A stretch of 64,000 nucleotides of DNA from Bacillota bacterium (lineage in GTDB: Bacteria > Bacillota > Sulfobacillia > Fermentithermobacillales > Fermentithermobacillaceae): positions 309,583-373,582 of the forward strand of contig JBMNKH010000004.1 of assembly GCA_050952085.1 (NCBI GenBank), written 5' to 3'. The notes below the pieces were generated by a model. That model was not told where the DNA came from. It was given only the letters and a program-made list of their open reading frames with translations, and did not search any database. Positions within the stretch are counted from its first letter, which is position 1; each line of letters begins with the position of its first letter. Positions 1 through 11,227 of this stretch are shown here, piece after piece. The translations under genes were made by a program, and so were the position numbers.

Positions 1-386
1 TGAGTGCACAGGAAAAGATTGTCTATCACTTCAGACACGTCATACAAATTCCCGCACGAACGGCAACGATCTCTCCTGCAGCAAGGGGTCAGCACAACCC
101 CCTGGGACCCGTTCCTGATTGCAATACGTTCACCCAGCGACCATCCAGTCTTTTCCCTTACCTCAGCGGGTATGATTATCTTACCGCCGGAACCGAGGTA
201 GCATATCATTTCATCGCTCTGGCCGCCCGCATCAACCAGGATGATGCTTTCCCCTGCAATCTGAGCCCTGAGCACGGTACCTTCATCCCATCCACGGGCT
301 TCCCTGATCTGGGAAGGAAGGGTGAACCTCCACCCGGTTGTAACTGTGCGCACATATTGCCTTTCTTTTTGGCTGCCTGTCGACAC
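1..386 (-). CDS. Tandem AbrB-domain protein with C-terminal Zn-ribbon (3' end runs off the window)
   Basis: Not in the ORF track. Manual translation from GTG at 386 (GGAG upstream): VSTGSQKERQYVRTVTTGWRFTLPSQIREARGWDEGTVLRAQIAGESIILV...YLGSGGKIIIPAEVREKTGWSLGERIAIRNGSQGVVLTPCCRRDRCRSCGNLYDVSEVIDNLFLCT. Two AbrB-like repeats plus CxxC; paralogous to 407..853. Confidence 0.75.
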   Translation of the reverse strand, partial: MSTGSQKERQYVRTVTTGWRFTLPSQIREARGWDEGTVLRAQIAGESIILVDAGGQSDEMICYLGSGGKIIIPAEVREKTGWSLGERIAIRNGSQGVVLTPCCRRDRCRSCGNLYDVSEVIDNLFLCT

Positions 387-406
387 ACTCACTCCAGCAT
401 CCCGCC

Positions 407-853
407 TCATTTTCCCTGCGCCACCCGGTATTCTGCTCCCTTGACGCTCTGTAGTGCTGCCGCTTCAAGCTTTTGGGTGCAAAGCTTGCACAAGTGTACG
501 TTGGGGAGCACTTGCCTCACTTCGTGCTCTGAACCACATGCACTGCACCGGAATTGCTGTTCTTCAGGCTTCACAATGATCTGGTTGCCCGGGAATGTAA
601 AGGACAACACCTGCCCAGGATACAATCTGGCTTCTTCTCTCACTCTGGGAGGAATCAGCACTTTCCCAAGGGCGCCTACACGGCTTATATCCGGGCATTT
701 GACGCAACCGATTTTGGGACAGCAAATGGTTATCTCAAACCCGTCCCAGTGGGCGCATACCTCTGTGCCGTTTTTCCACCCAAGTGTCCGGCGAATGGGT
801 TTTGGAATAGTGACCCGCCAGCCGGAATCAATGAAGCGCCTCCAAGTTTTCAT
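407..853 (-). CDS. Tandem AbrB/MazE/SpoVT-domain protein with C-terminal Zn-ribbon
   Basis: Two AbrB-like repeats (IDSGWRVTIPKPIRRTLGW; VGALGKVLIPPRVREEARL) followed by CSACG...LCKLC as in clostridial AbrB C-termini; GGGAG RBS. Confidence 0.75.
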   Translation of the reverse strand: MKTWRRFIDSGWRVTIPKPIRRTLGWKNGTEVCAHWDGFEITICCPKIGCVKCPDISRVGALGKVLIPPRVREEARLYPGQVLSFTFPGNQIIVKPEEQQFRCSACGSEHEVRQVLPNVHLCKLCTQKLEAAALQSVKGAEYRVAQGK

Positions 854-884
854 AATTGCTTCTCCCGGTCCTGCTCTTTCTCTT

Positions 885-1949
885 TCACTTTACCACTGAA
901 GCTATGTTCTTCTCCAGAGGAGGAAACACTGTTCCGTTTTCTGTAATGATTGCAGAGATGAGTTCTGCAGGCGTGATGTCAAACGACGGGTTAAACGCCC
1001 GGGCACCTGGCGGCGCTACCGCCTTGCCCATGAACTCCAGGATCTCTTTTTCAGACCGTTCCTCGACTTTTATCCCGCTACCGCTGGTCAAACTCAGGTC
1101 AAAAGTTGACACCGGCGCGGCCACGTAAAACGGGATATTGTGGTGCTTGCACAAGCATGCCAGGCTGTATGTACCGATCTTGTTGGCCACGTCGCCGTTA
1201 GCGGCAATCCTGTCTGCGCCCACCACAACAGCGCCTACCTTCCCGAGAGACATGACATAGCCTGCAGCGCTGTCTGCCAGCAAGGTTACACTGATCCCGT
1301 CTTGCATAAGCTCCCATGCAGTAAGACGCGCCCCTTGAAGCCACGGCCTGGTTTCATTAGCGTAAACCATGGCAACTTTGTTCTCTGCCCACGCCTGCCT
1401 TATCACTCCCAGGGCCGTTCCCCATCCGCCGGTGGCCAGGGCTCCTGCATTGCAATGGGTCATAATGGTTGAACCCGCTCTTATGAGAGCTGCCCCGTTT
1501 ACCCCGATTTTGCGGTTTGCCTCTATGTCTTCCAGCTCTATGCGGCGGGCTTCTGTCAGGGCAGCTTCAGCTGCGCCTGTTATTCCCTCCTGTGGGAGTA
1601 CCAGAAGTGCCCTATCAAGCACCCGCTCAACAGCCCAGGAGAGGTTAACTGCAGTAGGCCTCGCAGAAGCCAGCATTGATGCAGCTTCCCTTAGAAATTG
1701 CGTTGCTGCCGCCAGGGTTTGACTGCTGTCGCCCGTGGAGCCAAACTCACCGGCCGCTTCAAATGCTGCCAAAGCCAGCCCGTAGCCCCCGCTTATGCCA
1801 ATTGCCGGGGCCCCGCGCACCACCATGTCAGTGATAGCTTGGGCAGTCTGCCTGTGATCGGTACACGTTACGTACTTCGCGTCCCCGGGCAAAAGCCGCT
1901 GGTCCAAGAGGGACAATACACCTTCATCCCACTTTACGGCCTGTAACAT
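885..1949 (-). CDS. mtnA: S-methyl-5-thioribose-1-phosphate isomerase
   Basis: Motifs VRGAPAIG, RPTAVNL, THCNAGALAT, ETRPWLQGARLT; start ATG 1949 chosen from AGGTGG RBS spacing. Confidence 0.93.
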   Translation of the reverse strand: MLQAVKWDEGVLSLLDQRLLPGDAKYVTCTDHRQTAQAITDMVVRGAPAIGISGGYGLALAAFEAAGEFGSTGDSSQTLAAATQFLREAASMLASARPTAVNLSWAVERVLDRALLVLPQEGITGAAEAALTEARRIELEDIEANRKIGVNGAALIRAGSTIMTHCNAGALATGGWGTALGVIRQAWAENKVAMVYANETRPWLQGARLTAWELMQDGISVTLLADSAAGYVMSLGKVGAVVVGADRIAANGDVANKIGTYSLACLCKHHNIPFYVAAPVSTFDLSLTSGSGIKVEERSEKEILEFMGKAVAPPGARAFNPSFDITPAELISAIITENGTVFPPLEKNIASVVK

Positions 1950-1963
1950 ATCCATGCCACCTT

Positions 1964-2773
1964 TCAAGACAACACTCTTTCCAGTTCTTCATGGCAAGAG
2001 CATTGAGCCTTGGTGGGGATGTTCTCTATAATCTTCCGCATGAGATCTTTGAGTTTCTCATTGTGCTCCATGAACACCTTTGTGACTTCTTCAGCCGTTA
2101 CCGGCTTTATGTCAGGCCTACCTTCAAGCCCCACATCGTAATCGGTCACCAGCGACACGTTCAGGTAGCACATTCCAAGCTCCCGGGCAAGCATCACTTC
2201 AGGGTACCCGGTCATGTTGATAACTTTCCACCCCAATGACGAAAACCATTTGGACTCAGCCCTGGTTGAGAACCTGGGGCCTTGGATTACCACCATGGTT
2301 CCGTCCTGATGGTAGCGTAAACCTAACTCCCCGGCTGCAGCGATACCTAGCTTCCGCAATTCATCGCAGTAGGGGTCTGCCGAGCTCAGGTGAACCGTCT
2401 TAGGTCCGTCATAGTACGTGTCTTTTCTGCCTGTAGTCCTGTCGACAAACTGGTCGCAGAACACAAAGTCGCCTGGATGCACGTCAGGCTGGAGGCTGCC
2501 CACTGCACACGGGCCCAGCACCCGCGATACCCCTAGCTGCTTCAGTGCCCACAAGTTAGCCCTGTAGTTTACCATGTGGGGTGGATACTGGTGCTTCTTG
2601 CCGTGCCTGGGCAGGAACGCGATTTTCCTCCCTGCGATTGATCCAAGGGAAATCGCATCAGATGGATGCCCGTAAGGAGTGTTCACCGTTATTTCAGTTG
2701 CGTTATCAAGGAACTCATAAAACCCTGTGCCGCCTATTACAGCTATCTCAGCCCTTTTGTCTGTGCAAGCCAT
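1964..2773 (-). CDS. mtnP: S-methyl-5'-thioadenosine phosphorylase
   Basis: IGGTG, LPRHG, GPRFST, INMT, VTDYD motifs of MTAP; adjacent to mtnA. Confidence 0.92.
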   Translation of the reverse strand: MACTDKRAEIAVIGGTGFYEFLDNATEITVNTPYGHPSDAISLGSIAGRKIAFLPRHGKKHQYPPHMVNYRANLWALKQLGVSRVLGPCAVGSLQPDVHPGDFVFCDQFVDRTTGRKDTYYDGPKTVHLSSADPYCDELRKLGIAAAGELGLRYHQDGTMVVIQGPRFSTRAESKWFSSLGWKVINMTGYPEVMLARELGMCYLNVSLVTDYDVGLEGRPDIKPVTAEEVTKVFMEHNEKLKDLMRKIIENIPTKAQCSCHEELERVLS

Positions 2774-2793
2774 ACCCGCTTCCCCTTTCTGGT

Positions 2794-4239
2794 TTAACCC
2801 TTGATGACCCCTAAAGGCCTTACCCTTGCCACTTTGGCCGCCAATCCGGCACGATGGGTGGCTTCAACTACGGTGCTTACATCTTTGTATGCGTCAGGAG
2901 CTTCTTCAACCAGCCCCTTCATGGTGGCGGATCTCACGAAAACACCCCTGCTTGCCAGCTCTTCCCTGAGTTCACCGGCAGTAATCGCCTTTCTCGCCTG
3001 TGTCCTTGAAAGCGCCCGGCCGGCTCCATGGCACGCAGACCCGAAGGAAAGCTTCATGGCAGTCTCGGTGCCCCTGAGAATGTAAGAAGCCCGGCCCATA
3101 TCTCCGGGGATCAACACAGGCTGCCCCACTTGCCGGTATTTCCCAGGCACATGTTGGTGCCCTGGCCCAAACGCCCTGGTAGCGCCCTTCCTGTGGACCA
3201 ACACTTTCCGGCTGTTCCCATCGACCACGTGTTCCTCGATCTTGCCGATGTTGTGGGCCACATCGTAGAGCATGTACATCCCCAGGCTTTCAGGCGTCTT
3301 TCCAAAGGTCTGACTCACCGACTCCCTCACATAGTGGGCGAGGATCTGCCTGTTGGCCCAGGCGTAGTTAGCTGCGCTTGCCATGGCGGCGAAGTACTGC
3401 TTGCCTTCGTCAGATGCGATGGGAGCGCAATCAAGCTGGCGGTCAGGGAGGGAAATACCGTATTTGGAGATTGCCCGGCGCATCACACGCAGGTAGTCGC
3501 TGCACACCTGGTGCCCAAGGCCCCTTGAGCCTGAGTGAACCCAGAACACCGCCTGGTCCTTGAAAAGCCCAAAGGTACGGGCCGCTTCTTCGTCAAAAAT
3601 CTCCTCTACATAGCTCACTTCTATGAAGTGGTTTCCCGAGCCCAAAGTGCCCAAACCATCGCTTCCGCGCTTAAGCGCCCTGTCGGACACATGGCCGGGG
3701 TCTGCACCGTCCATACACCCGTTTTCCTCGCAGTGCTCCAGGTCCGAATCCCAGCCGTAGCCGTTTCTTACCGCCCAGCCCGCCCCTTCTGTCAGCACTT
3801 GGGCAAGTTGTTTCCGGGAAAGGCGGATCGATCCTGTCTTGCCTACACCTGTGGGGATATTGGCAAACAGCTTGTTCACCAGCTCTTCCTGGCGCTTCAT
3901 CACATCGTCCCGGGTCAGGTTTGACACCATTATCCTTACGCCGCAGTTGATGTCGTAACCTATCCCGCCTGGGCTCACAACCCCGCTGCTCATGTCAGTT
4001 GCCGCAACCCCGCCTATGGGAAAGCCATATCCTTCATGGATATCAGGCATTGCCAATGATGCCTGCAAGATACCTGGGAGATGAGCTACGTTCCTCACCT
4101 GATCTATGGCCTTTGTCCCTTCTAAATCCTTAAGTATCTCTTCAGTGGCAAAAATAGCGCCGTCTACCTTCATGCCCCCTGACTTGGGCATAATCCACTG
4201 GCATTCCCGCCCTTGAACCATCTTGAGGTTTGTTGCCAT
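2794..4239 (-). CDS. rtcB: RtcB RNA ligase (long, archaeal/eukaryotic-like type)
   Basis: DIHEGYGFPIGGV, GYDINCG, GTLGSGNHF, HSGSRGLGH, HRKGATRAF, SACHGAGR; 481 aa. Confidence 0.95.
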   Translation of the reverse strand: MATNLKMVQGRECQWIMPKSGGMKVDGAIFATEEILKDLEGTKAIDQVRNVAHLPGILQASLAMPDIHEGYGFPIGGVAATDMSSGVVSPGGIGYDINCGVRIMVSNLTRDDVMKRQEELVNKLFANIPTGVGKTGSIRLSRKQLAQVLTEGAGWAVRNGYGWDSDLEHCEENGCMDGADPGHVSDRALKRGSDGLGTLGSGNHFIEVSYVEEIFDEEAARTFGLFKDQAVFWVHSGSRGLGHQVCSDYLRVMRRAISKYGISLPDRQLDCAPIASDEGKQYFAAMASAANYAWANRQILAHYVRESVSQTFGKTPESLGMYMLYDVAHNIGKIEEHVVDGNSRKVLVHRKGATRAFGPGHQHVPGKYRQVGQPVLIPGDMGRASYILRGTETAMKLSFGSACHGAGRALSRTQARKAITAGELREELASRGVFVRSATMKGLVEEAPDAYKDVSTVVEATHRAGLAAKVARVRPLGVIKG

Positions 4240-4281
4240 TCAAATCACGCCCCTTTGACAGCTTGGCCCTGTAATACATTC

Positions 4282-4713
4282 TCAAACATCGAAAGTAACC
4301 CAGGCTTCTGCGGGAGTGAGATGCAATCCGTGAAACGTAGCAGCCTTTATCTGGAGGTTCACCCTTGCCTGCACGTGGGATACGTGCGCCCCGCATAGCA
4401 CCGAATCGAGGCGCACCTCTTCCCCATCCTGGCCTGGTTCAACCCTAATCTGCTCTATTCCCGCCATCACCAGGCCATCTGTGTCAAACAGGACCAGTTG
4501 TTCGTTGAGGAAAGCTACCAGAAGGTCTTCCATATCCATGCCTGTTACTTCGATGTGCCATTTATGTAAAGCAGGGATTTGGGCTTCGCCAAACATCAGA
4601 AACCACATTGCCTTGGACATTTCTGAAAACACATCTTCGAAGCCTGAGCCCCACGCCTTTACCCTTACGTCTGCAACATGATCGGCAACCAGGAATCCCC
4701 GGGACACACTCAA
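4282..4713 (-). CDS. Archease (RtcB activator)
   Basis: N-terminal DHVAD and C-terminal IKAATFH...FDV signatures; GTG start overlaps the gyrA stop (GTGA). Confidence 0.9.
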   Translation of the reverse strand: MSVSRGFLVADHVADVRVKAWGSGFEDVFSEMSKAMWFLMFGEAQIPALHKWHIEVTGMDMEDLLVAFLNEQLVLFDTDGLVMAGIEQIRVEPGQDGEEVRLDSVLCGAHVSHVQARVNLQIKAATFHGLHLTPAEAWVTFDV

Positions 4714-7139
4714 TCACCCTCAATAATGCTGCATGCTGACAGCCGGTCATTCTCCTCTATTTTCATTAGCCTTACGCCCAGGGTATTCCTCCGGGCAACC
4801 TTGACCTCTGACAGCTTTATCCGTATGGCTATGCCTTCAGCCGTTATGAGCAGCGCTTCTTCATCTTCCGGGTTGACAACACGCATGATTGCCAGGTTCC
4901 CGCCTTTTGCAGACTTCTTGATAGCCAGGACGCCTTTCCCGCCCCTTCCCTGGAGAGGGAAATCGCTTACTTCACTTAGTTTCCCGTAACCCTGTTCAGT
5001 CACGAGCAGCACCCTGGAATCAGGTGCAACAGGGTCGGCACCGATGACGAAGTCACCTTTATCAAGCCTGATAGCTATTACCCCTGTAGCTGTCCTGCCC
5101 ATAGGCCTTACATCATCGACCTTCATTCTTATGGCCTTTCCGAAATGGGTACCTATGAGGATTTCATCCCCGTCCTGGGCAAGCCTTGCAAGGATCAAAG
5201 CATCCCCTTGGCGGAGGCTAATAGCTCTCAGCCCGGTTTTCCTCCGGCTTAAGTATTCAGAAAACGGGGTCCGCTTGCACATTCCCTTCTTTGTGACGAA
5301 GAAAAGATCCCCTGCCTCTTCCACGTTTTCAGGGGCAGGAATGAGTGCTGTAACCCGCTCGTCTTTCTCGAGGGAAACCAGTTTGGACACGAGATGGCCT
5401 TTGGCCTGCTTGCTTGCTTCAGGTATATCAAATACCCTTAGCCAATATGCTTTGCCGTGTGTGGTGAACAAGACCAAGGAATCCCGGGTGGTAACGGACA
5501 CAACCTTTTCAACCCAGTCTTCGTCCCGCGTCTGCATGGCTGTGGCGCCTAATCCGCCTCTCCGCTGGCTCCTGTACGCGTTAAGAGGCATTCTCTTGAT
5601 GTATCCCATGCCTGTGAGAATCACGGAAACTTCCTGTTCAATTATGAGTTCCTCATCTGAAATCTCAACTGCCTTGGCCACGATCTTGGTGCGTCTTGGG
5701 TCTGCATAAGCCGCTTTGACATCTTCCAGGTCTTTCTTGATTATGCCTAATATCATTTTCTCAGAGCTTAAGACAGCCCTTAAGTACTCGATTTCCTTAA
5801 GCAGCGCCTGGCGCTCTTCCAGGATTTTTTCCCTTTCCAAGCTTGTAAGCCGCTCGAGCCTCATATCCAAGATCGCCTTAGCCTGGATCTCGTCCAGCAG
5901 GAATCTTTCCATCAGCCTGGTGCGGGCTTCCGCCCCGTTCTGTGAACTCCTGATAATGGCGATCACTTCATCGAGGTTGGCCAGGGCGATTTCCAAGCCT
6001 GCAAGGATATGTTCCCGTTCTTCAGCTTTTCTCAGTTCGTACCTGGTCCGCCTTGCAATGACCTCTTCCCGGTGCATGATGTAGTGGGAAAGCATGCCCT
6101 TGAGGTCGAGCACTCTAGGACGCCCGTCAACCAAAGCGAGCATTATGCCTCCGAAACTTGTCTCCAGGGTCGTGTACTTGAAAAGTTGGTTAAGCACCAC
6201 TTCTGCCTCTACATCTTTTCTTACCTCGATAACTACTCTGAGACCGCTCTTGTCGCTTTCATCCCTCAGGTCTGTTATTCCCTGGATCTTCCTGTCCCTC
6301 ACCAGATCAGCAATGGTCTTGATAAGCTTAGACTTGTTCACCTGGTAGGGCAGCTCATCTATTACAATGCGCTGCCTTCCGTTCTTTTGCGTTTCTATCT
6401 TGGTCTTTGCCCTGACTTTCATTACGCCCCTGCCTGTGGTGTACATGGATTTAATGGGCTCCAGGCCGACAATGATACCGCCTGTGGGAAAGTCAGGCCC
6501 CTTGATGTATTCCATGAGGTCAAGGGAACTGAGATCAGGGTTGTCAATCAGAGCTATCAGCGCATCCACTGTTTCCCCAAGGTTATGGGGAGGGATATTG
6601 GTGGCCATTCCGACTGCAATCCCTGAAGATCCGTTAATCATGAGATTCGGGACCCTCGACGGCAGCACAACCGGTTCTTTGAGAGAGTCGTCAAAGTTAG
6701 GCGCAAAATCAACTGTTTCCTTATCAAGGTCCCTGAGAAGTTCGCCGGCAATCTTAGTTAACCTGGCTTCAGTGTACCTCATAGCCGCCGGCGGGTCGCC
6801 GTCTATTGAGCCGAAGTTACCGTGGCCATCAACAAGAGGATAACGCATGTTAAACGGCTGGGCCATTCTGGCAAGGGCATCGTATATGGCTTGGTCGCCG
6901 TGGGGATGATACTTACCCATGGTCTCGCCCACCAAGCGCGCGCACTTTTTGTGAGGCTTGTCATGGCGCGTGCCCAGCTCATCCATGGAGTAGATTATCC
7001 TTCTCTGGGCCGGTTTGAGCCCGTCACGCACATCTGGAAGGGCGCGGGACACTATGACGCTCATTGAGTAGTCGATGTACGATCGTTTCATCTCGTCTTC
7101 TATAGGCGCGGGTACGAGTCTCTGGGCAATGTCTGTCAT
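4710..7139 (-). CDS. gyrA: DNA gyrase subunit A
   Basis: [18 protein letters not shown], catalytic AAMRYTE, GyrA-box-like QRRGGLG and C-terminal pinwheel repeats. Confidence 0.97.
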   Translation of the reverse strand: MTDIAQRLVPAPIEDEMKRSYIDYSMSVIVSRALPDVRDGLKPAQRRIIYSMDELGTRHDKPHKKCARLVGETMGKYHPHGDQAIYDALARMAQPFNMRYPLVDGHGNFGSIDGDPPAAMRYTEARLTKIAGELLRDLDKETVDFAPNFDDSLKEPVVLPSRVPNLMINGSSGIAVGMATNIPPHNLGETVDALIALIDNPDLSSLDLMEYIKGPDFPTGGIIVGLEPIKSMYTTGRGVMKVRAKTKIETQKNGRQRIVIDELPYQVNKSKLIKTIADLVRDRKIQGITDLRDESDKSGLRVVIEVRKDVEAEVVLNQLFKYTTLETSFGGIMLALVDGRPRVLDLKGMLSHYIMHREEVIARRTRYELRKAEEREHILAGLEIALANLDEVIAIIRSSQNGAEARTRLMERFLLDEIQAKAILDMRLERLTSLEREKILEERQALLKEIEYLRAVLSSEKMILGIIKKDLEDVKAAYADPRRTKIVAKAVEISDEELIIEQEVSVILTGMGYIKRMPLNAYRSQRRGGLGATAMQTRDEDWVEKVVSVTTRDSLVLFTTHGKAYWLRVFDIPEASKQAKGHLVSKLVSLEKDERVTALIPAPENVEEAGDLFFVTKKGMCKRTPFSEYLSRRKTGLRAISLRQGDALILARLAQDGDEILIGTHFGKAIRMKVDDVRPMGRTATGVIAIRLDKGDFVIGADPVAPDSRVLLVTEQGYGKLSEVSDFPLQGRGGKGVLAIKKSAKGGNLAIMRVVNPEDEEALLITAEGIAIRIKLSEVKVARRNTLGVRLMKIEENDRLSACSIIEGD

Positions 7140-7157
7140 GCGCAAACCCTCCTCTTG

Positions 7158-9101
<1,944 letters not shown>

Positions 9102-9149
9102 CTAGCACAATTTCTATATCGAATCGATGTTCGGCTGCCGGCAAGGCCG

Positions 9150-10064
9150 TTACCTTCTGCCCGCCCGCACTTTTACCAGGCCCGAAAACCTTTTCCCAAT
9201 CACCCTGTCAAGATCTTCTTGCGTTAACTCGTGGCCAGGTTGTCCAGTGCGCAAGCTCGCCAGTTTCTTGATTACTTCGCCCAGCCGGGCCCGTTCATCT
9301 TTGGCCAGTTTTCTGGTAGATGCAGTGAAATGAGCGCGCCGGAGCTCCCGGTGCCACCTTGAATCAAGGGTTTGCCTGGCCTTTGCAAATATCTCTTTTT
9401 GCTTTATGCCTGTCATCACAGCCAAAGTGAGGTCAGACGTTTCAGGGTGTTGCTCAAGCACGGTAAGCACACGATAGTAATCATTACGTTCTTTCTTTGC
9501 TTTGCAGTAAGGACACATCCGTTCCGGTTGGTAGAGGTACCCGCACGTGTCACACTTATTGAATCCTTGTTTGAGCAAATATTTCTTCCGCTTTTCCATG
9601 GTAGCAGCAAACCTCTGGAAAACGGAACCAAGGGGTGAATCATCAGCTGTGATTGCCAGGGAACTAATCCGCTGCTTTTCATCTGGCGTCAATACATCCT
9701 GAGACATGAATCGCTTATATTCCTTATCAACCCGGCCGTGTTTATCAGGATCACCAAAGTCCTGGGTGGTACCCCATAGGTGCTCGGAAAAACGTATATC
9801 GTTAATGTAATTCCCGCCCAAGTGCGCGTTTATCCGCGAGATAATGCTCTTCCGCATAAGGGTGAGTTCCTGGGCCCATGCAGATGAGGTGGCAGCTACG
9901 TACAATACGTCACCGTCTATCCGCCTGGGCCTGGCGTTCCTGGCAATGTCCCCTACGATCCTGGCCCACGACCAAAACACCAGAAACCGCTTAGCTTTCG
10001 GCAGTAGGCCCATTTTGTCAAGGGATTGCTGTATTAGGTTGCCCACAAGTTCAGGACGCGCCAT
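9150..10064 (-). CDS. DUF721/DciA-family protein with Zn-ribbon-containing C-terminal extension
   Basis: N-terminal WARIVGDIARNARPRRIDGDVLYVAATSSAWAQEL...IRF typical of DUF721; CDTC...CPYC; located between recF and gyrB. Confidence 0.75.
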   Translation of the reverse strand: MARPELVGNLIQQSLDKMGLLPKAKRFLVFWSWARIVGDIARNARPRRIDGDVLYVAATSSAWAQELTLMRKSIISRINAHLGGNYINDIRFSEHLWGTTQDFGDPDKHGRVDKEYKRFMSQDVLTPDEKQRISSLAITADDSPLGSVFQRFAATMEKRKKYLLKQGFNKCDTCGYLYQPERMCPYCKAKKERNDYYRVLTVLEQHPETSDLTLAVMTGIKQKEIFAKARQTLDSRWHRELRRAHFTASTRKLAKDERARLGEVIKKLASLRTGQPGHELTQEDLDRVIGKRFSGLVKVRAGRR

Positions 10065-10108
10065 CGTATCCTCCTGTCATGAATCCGGTTAATACATTTG
10101 CCCGCCTA

Positions 10109-11224
10109 TCACTGACTCCCGTTTCCCCAGGGCTGTACCTCGTTGTTCTCGACACGAAACAGCGAAAACCTCGGTCCTGTGTGTTTCGGCAACTCTGTTG
10201 ACGTCATCAGCACCTGGTACCCGAAATCGCACAATGACAGCACTTTCGACTTTTTCTCCGCATCAAGTTCAGAAAACACATCGTCCAAGAGCAGCACAGG
10301 CTTGGTCCCGAAACTCTGCTGGAGGCAGCGCGCCTCGGCCATTTTCAGCGCCAACATCACGCTTCTTTGCTGCCCCTGGGAACCAAAATACCTGAAACTC
10401 TTGCCGTTCAGTGAGATCGCTAAGTCATCCCTGTGAGGACCGGCAAGGGTTACACCCCTCGCAAGTTCTTCGCGCCTTACTTCGCGGAGCCTATTCGTGA
10501 ACCGAGACCTGATCTCATCTAAGTCAGGCACGATCTCCCCTACTGTGGACGTGTATGCCACGGTGCAACTGCCGTTTGCTATGAACTTGTATGTAGATTG
10601 TGTGTACCCTGACAGCTCCTCCACAAGCCCCAGGCGCTTGTAAAGCAGGCGGGATCCAAGGTTTACCAGTAGTTCATCCAGTGTTTCAAGAGTGCTTTTC
10701 CATGAATTATCCAAACCGGCTTTCTTGAGAGCATTATTGCGCCTGGCGACCGTATCATTGTACCTCTGCAGGGTCTTGGCGTAAACCGGATCCTGCCTGG
10801 ACAAGATCGAGTCGATTAACTTCCTCCTGAGGCTTGAACTCCCTTTCACAATGTATAAGTCGTCAGGGGAAAAATAGACACAGGGGAACAAGGCCAGAAG
10901 TTCTTGCCTTGTCACACGCCTGTCGTTGACCTGGAGCTTCCGTCTCACAGAAGGCGCCACTACAGTATCTATCTTCACAGTTGTGACCTTGTCAGTGTCT
11001 TCAAGCCTGGCCGCCAGTGAAAACGAGTCTGTGCCCCACCGGGCCAAATCAGACTCTCTTTCAGCCCTGGGTGAACTCAGAGAAGAAATGTAATAGCAGG
11101 CTTCGAGCAGGTTTGTCTTTCCCTGTGCGTTTGGCCCCATGAACAATGACGCACCTGGAGGGATCTCAAGCTCCAGGTAAGGATAATTGCGGAAATCCCT
11201 TAGAACCACAAAAGCAAATCGCAC
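10109..11224 (-). CDS. recF: DNA replication and repair protein RecF
   Basis: Walker A GPNAQGKTN, GPHRDD, GSQGQQRS, LLLDDVFSELD. Confidence 0.95.
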   Translation of the reverse strand: MRFAFVVLRDFRNYPYLELEIPPGASLFMGPNAQGKTNLLEACYYISSLSSPRAERESDLARWGTDSFSLAARLEDTDKVTTVKIDTVVAPSVRRKLQVNDRRVTRQELLALFPCVYFSPDDLYIVKGSSSLRRKLIDSILSRQDPVYAKTLQRYNDTVARRNNALKKAGLDNSWKSTLETLDELLVNLGSRLLYKRLGLVEELSGYTQSTYKFIANGSCTVAYTSTVGEIVPDLDEIRSRFTNRLREVRREELARGVTLAGPHRDDLAISLNGKSFRYFGSQGQQRSVMLALKMAEARCLQQSFGTKPVLLLDDVFSELDAEKKSKVLSLCDFGYQVLMTSTELPKHTGPRFSLFRVENNEVQPWGNGSQ

Positions 11225-11227
11225 GTA

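Noticed and set aside
206-468. Track ORFs 206..388 and 283..468 (minus)
   Set aside because: Alternative frames overlapping the AbrB-like gene that starts at 386 in the third frame.
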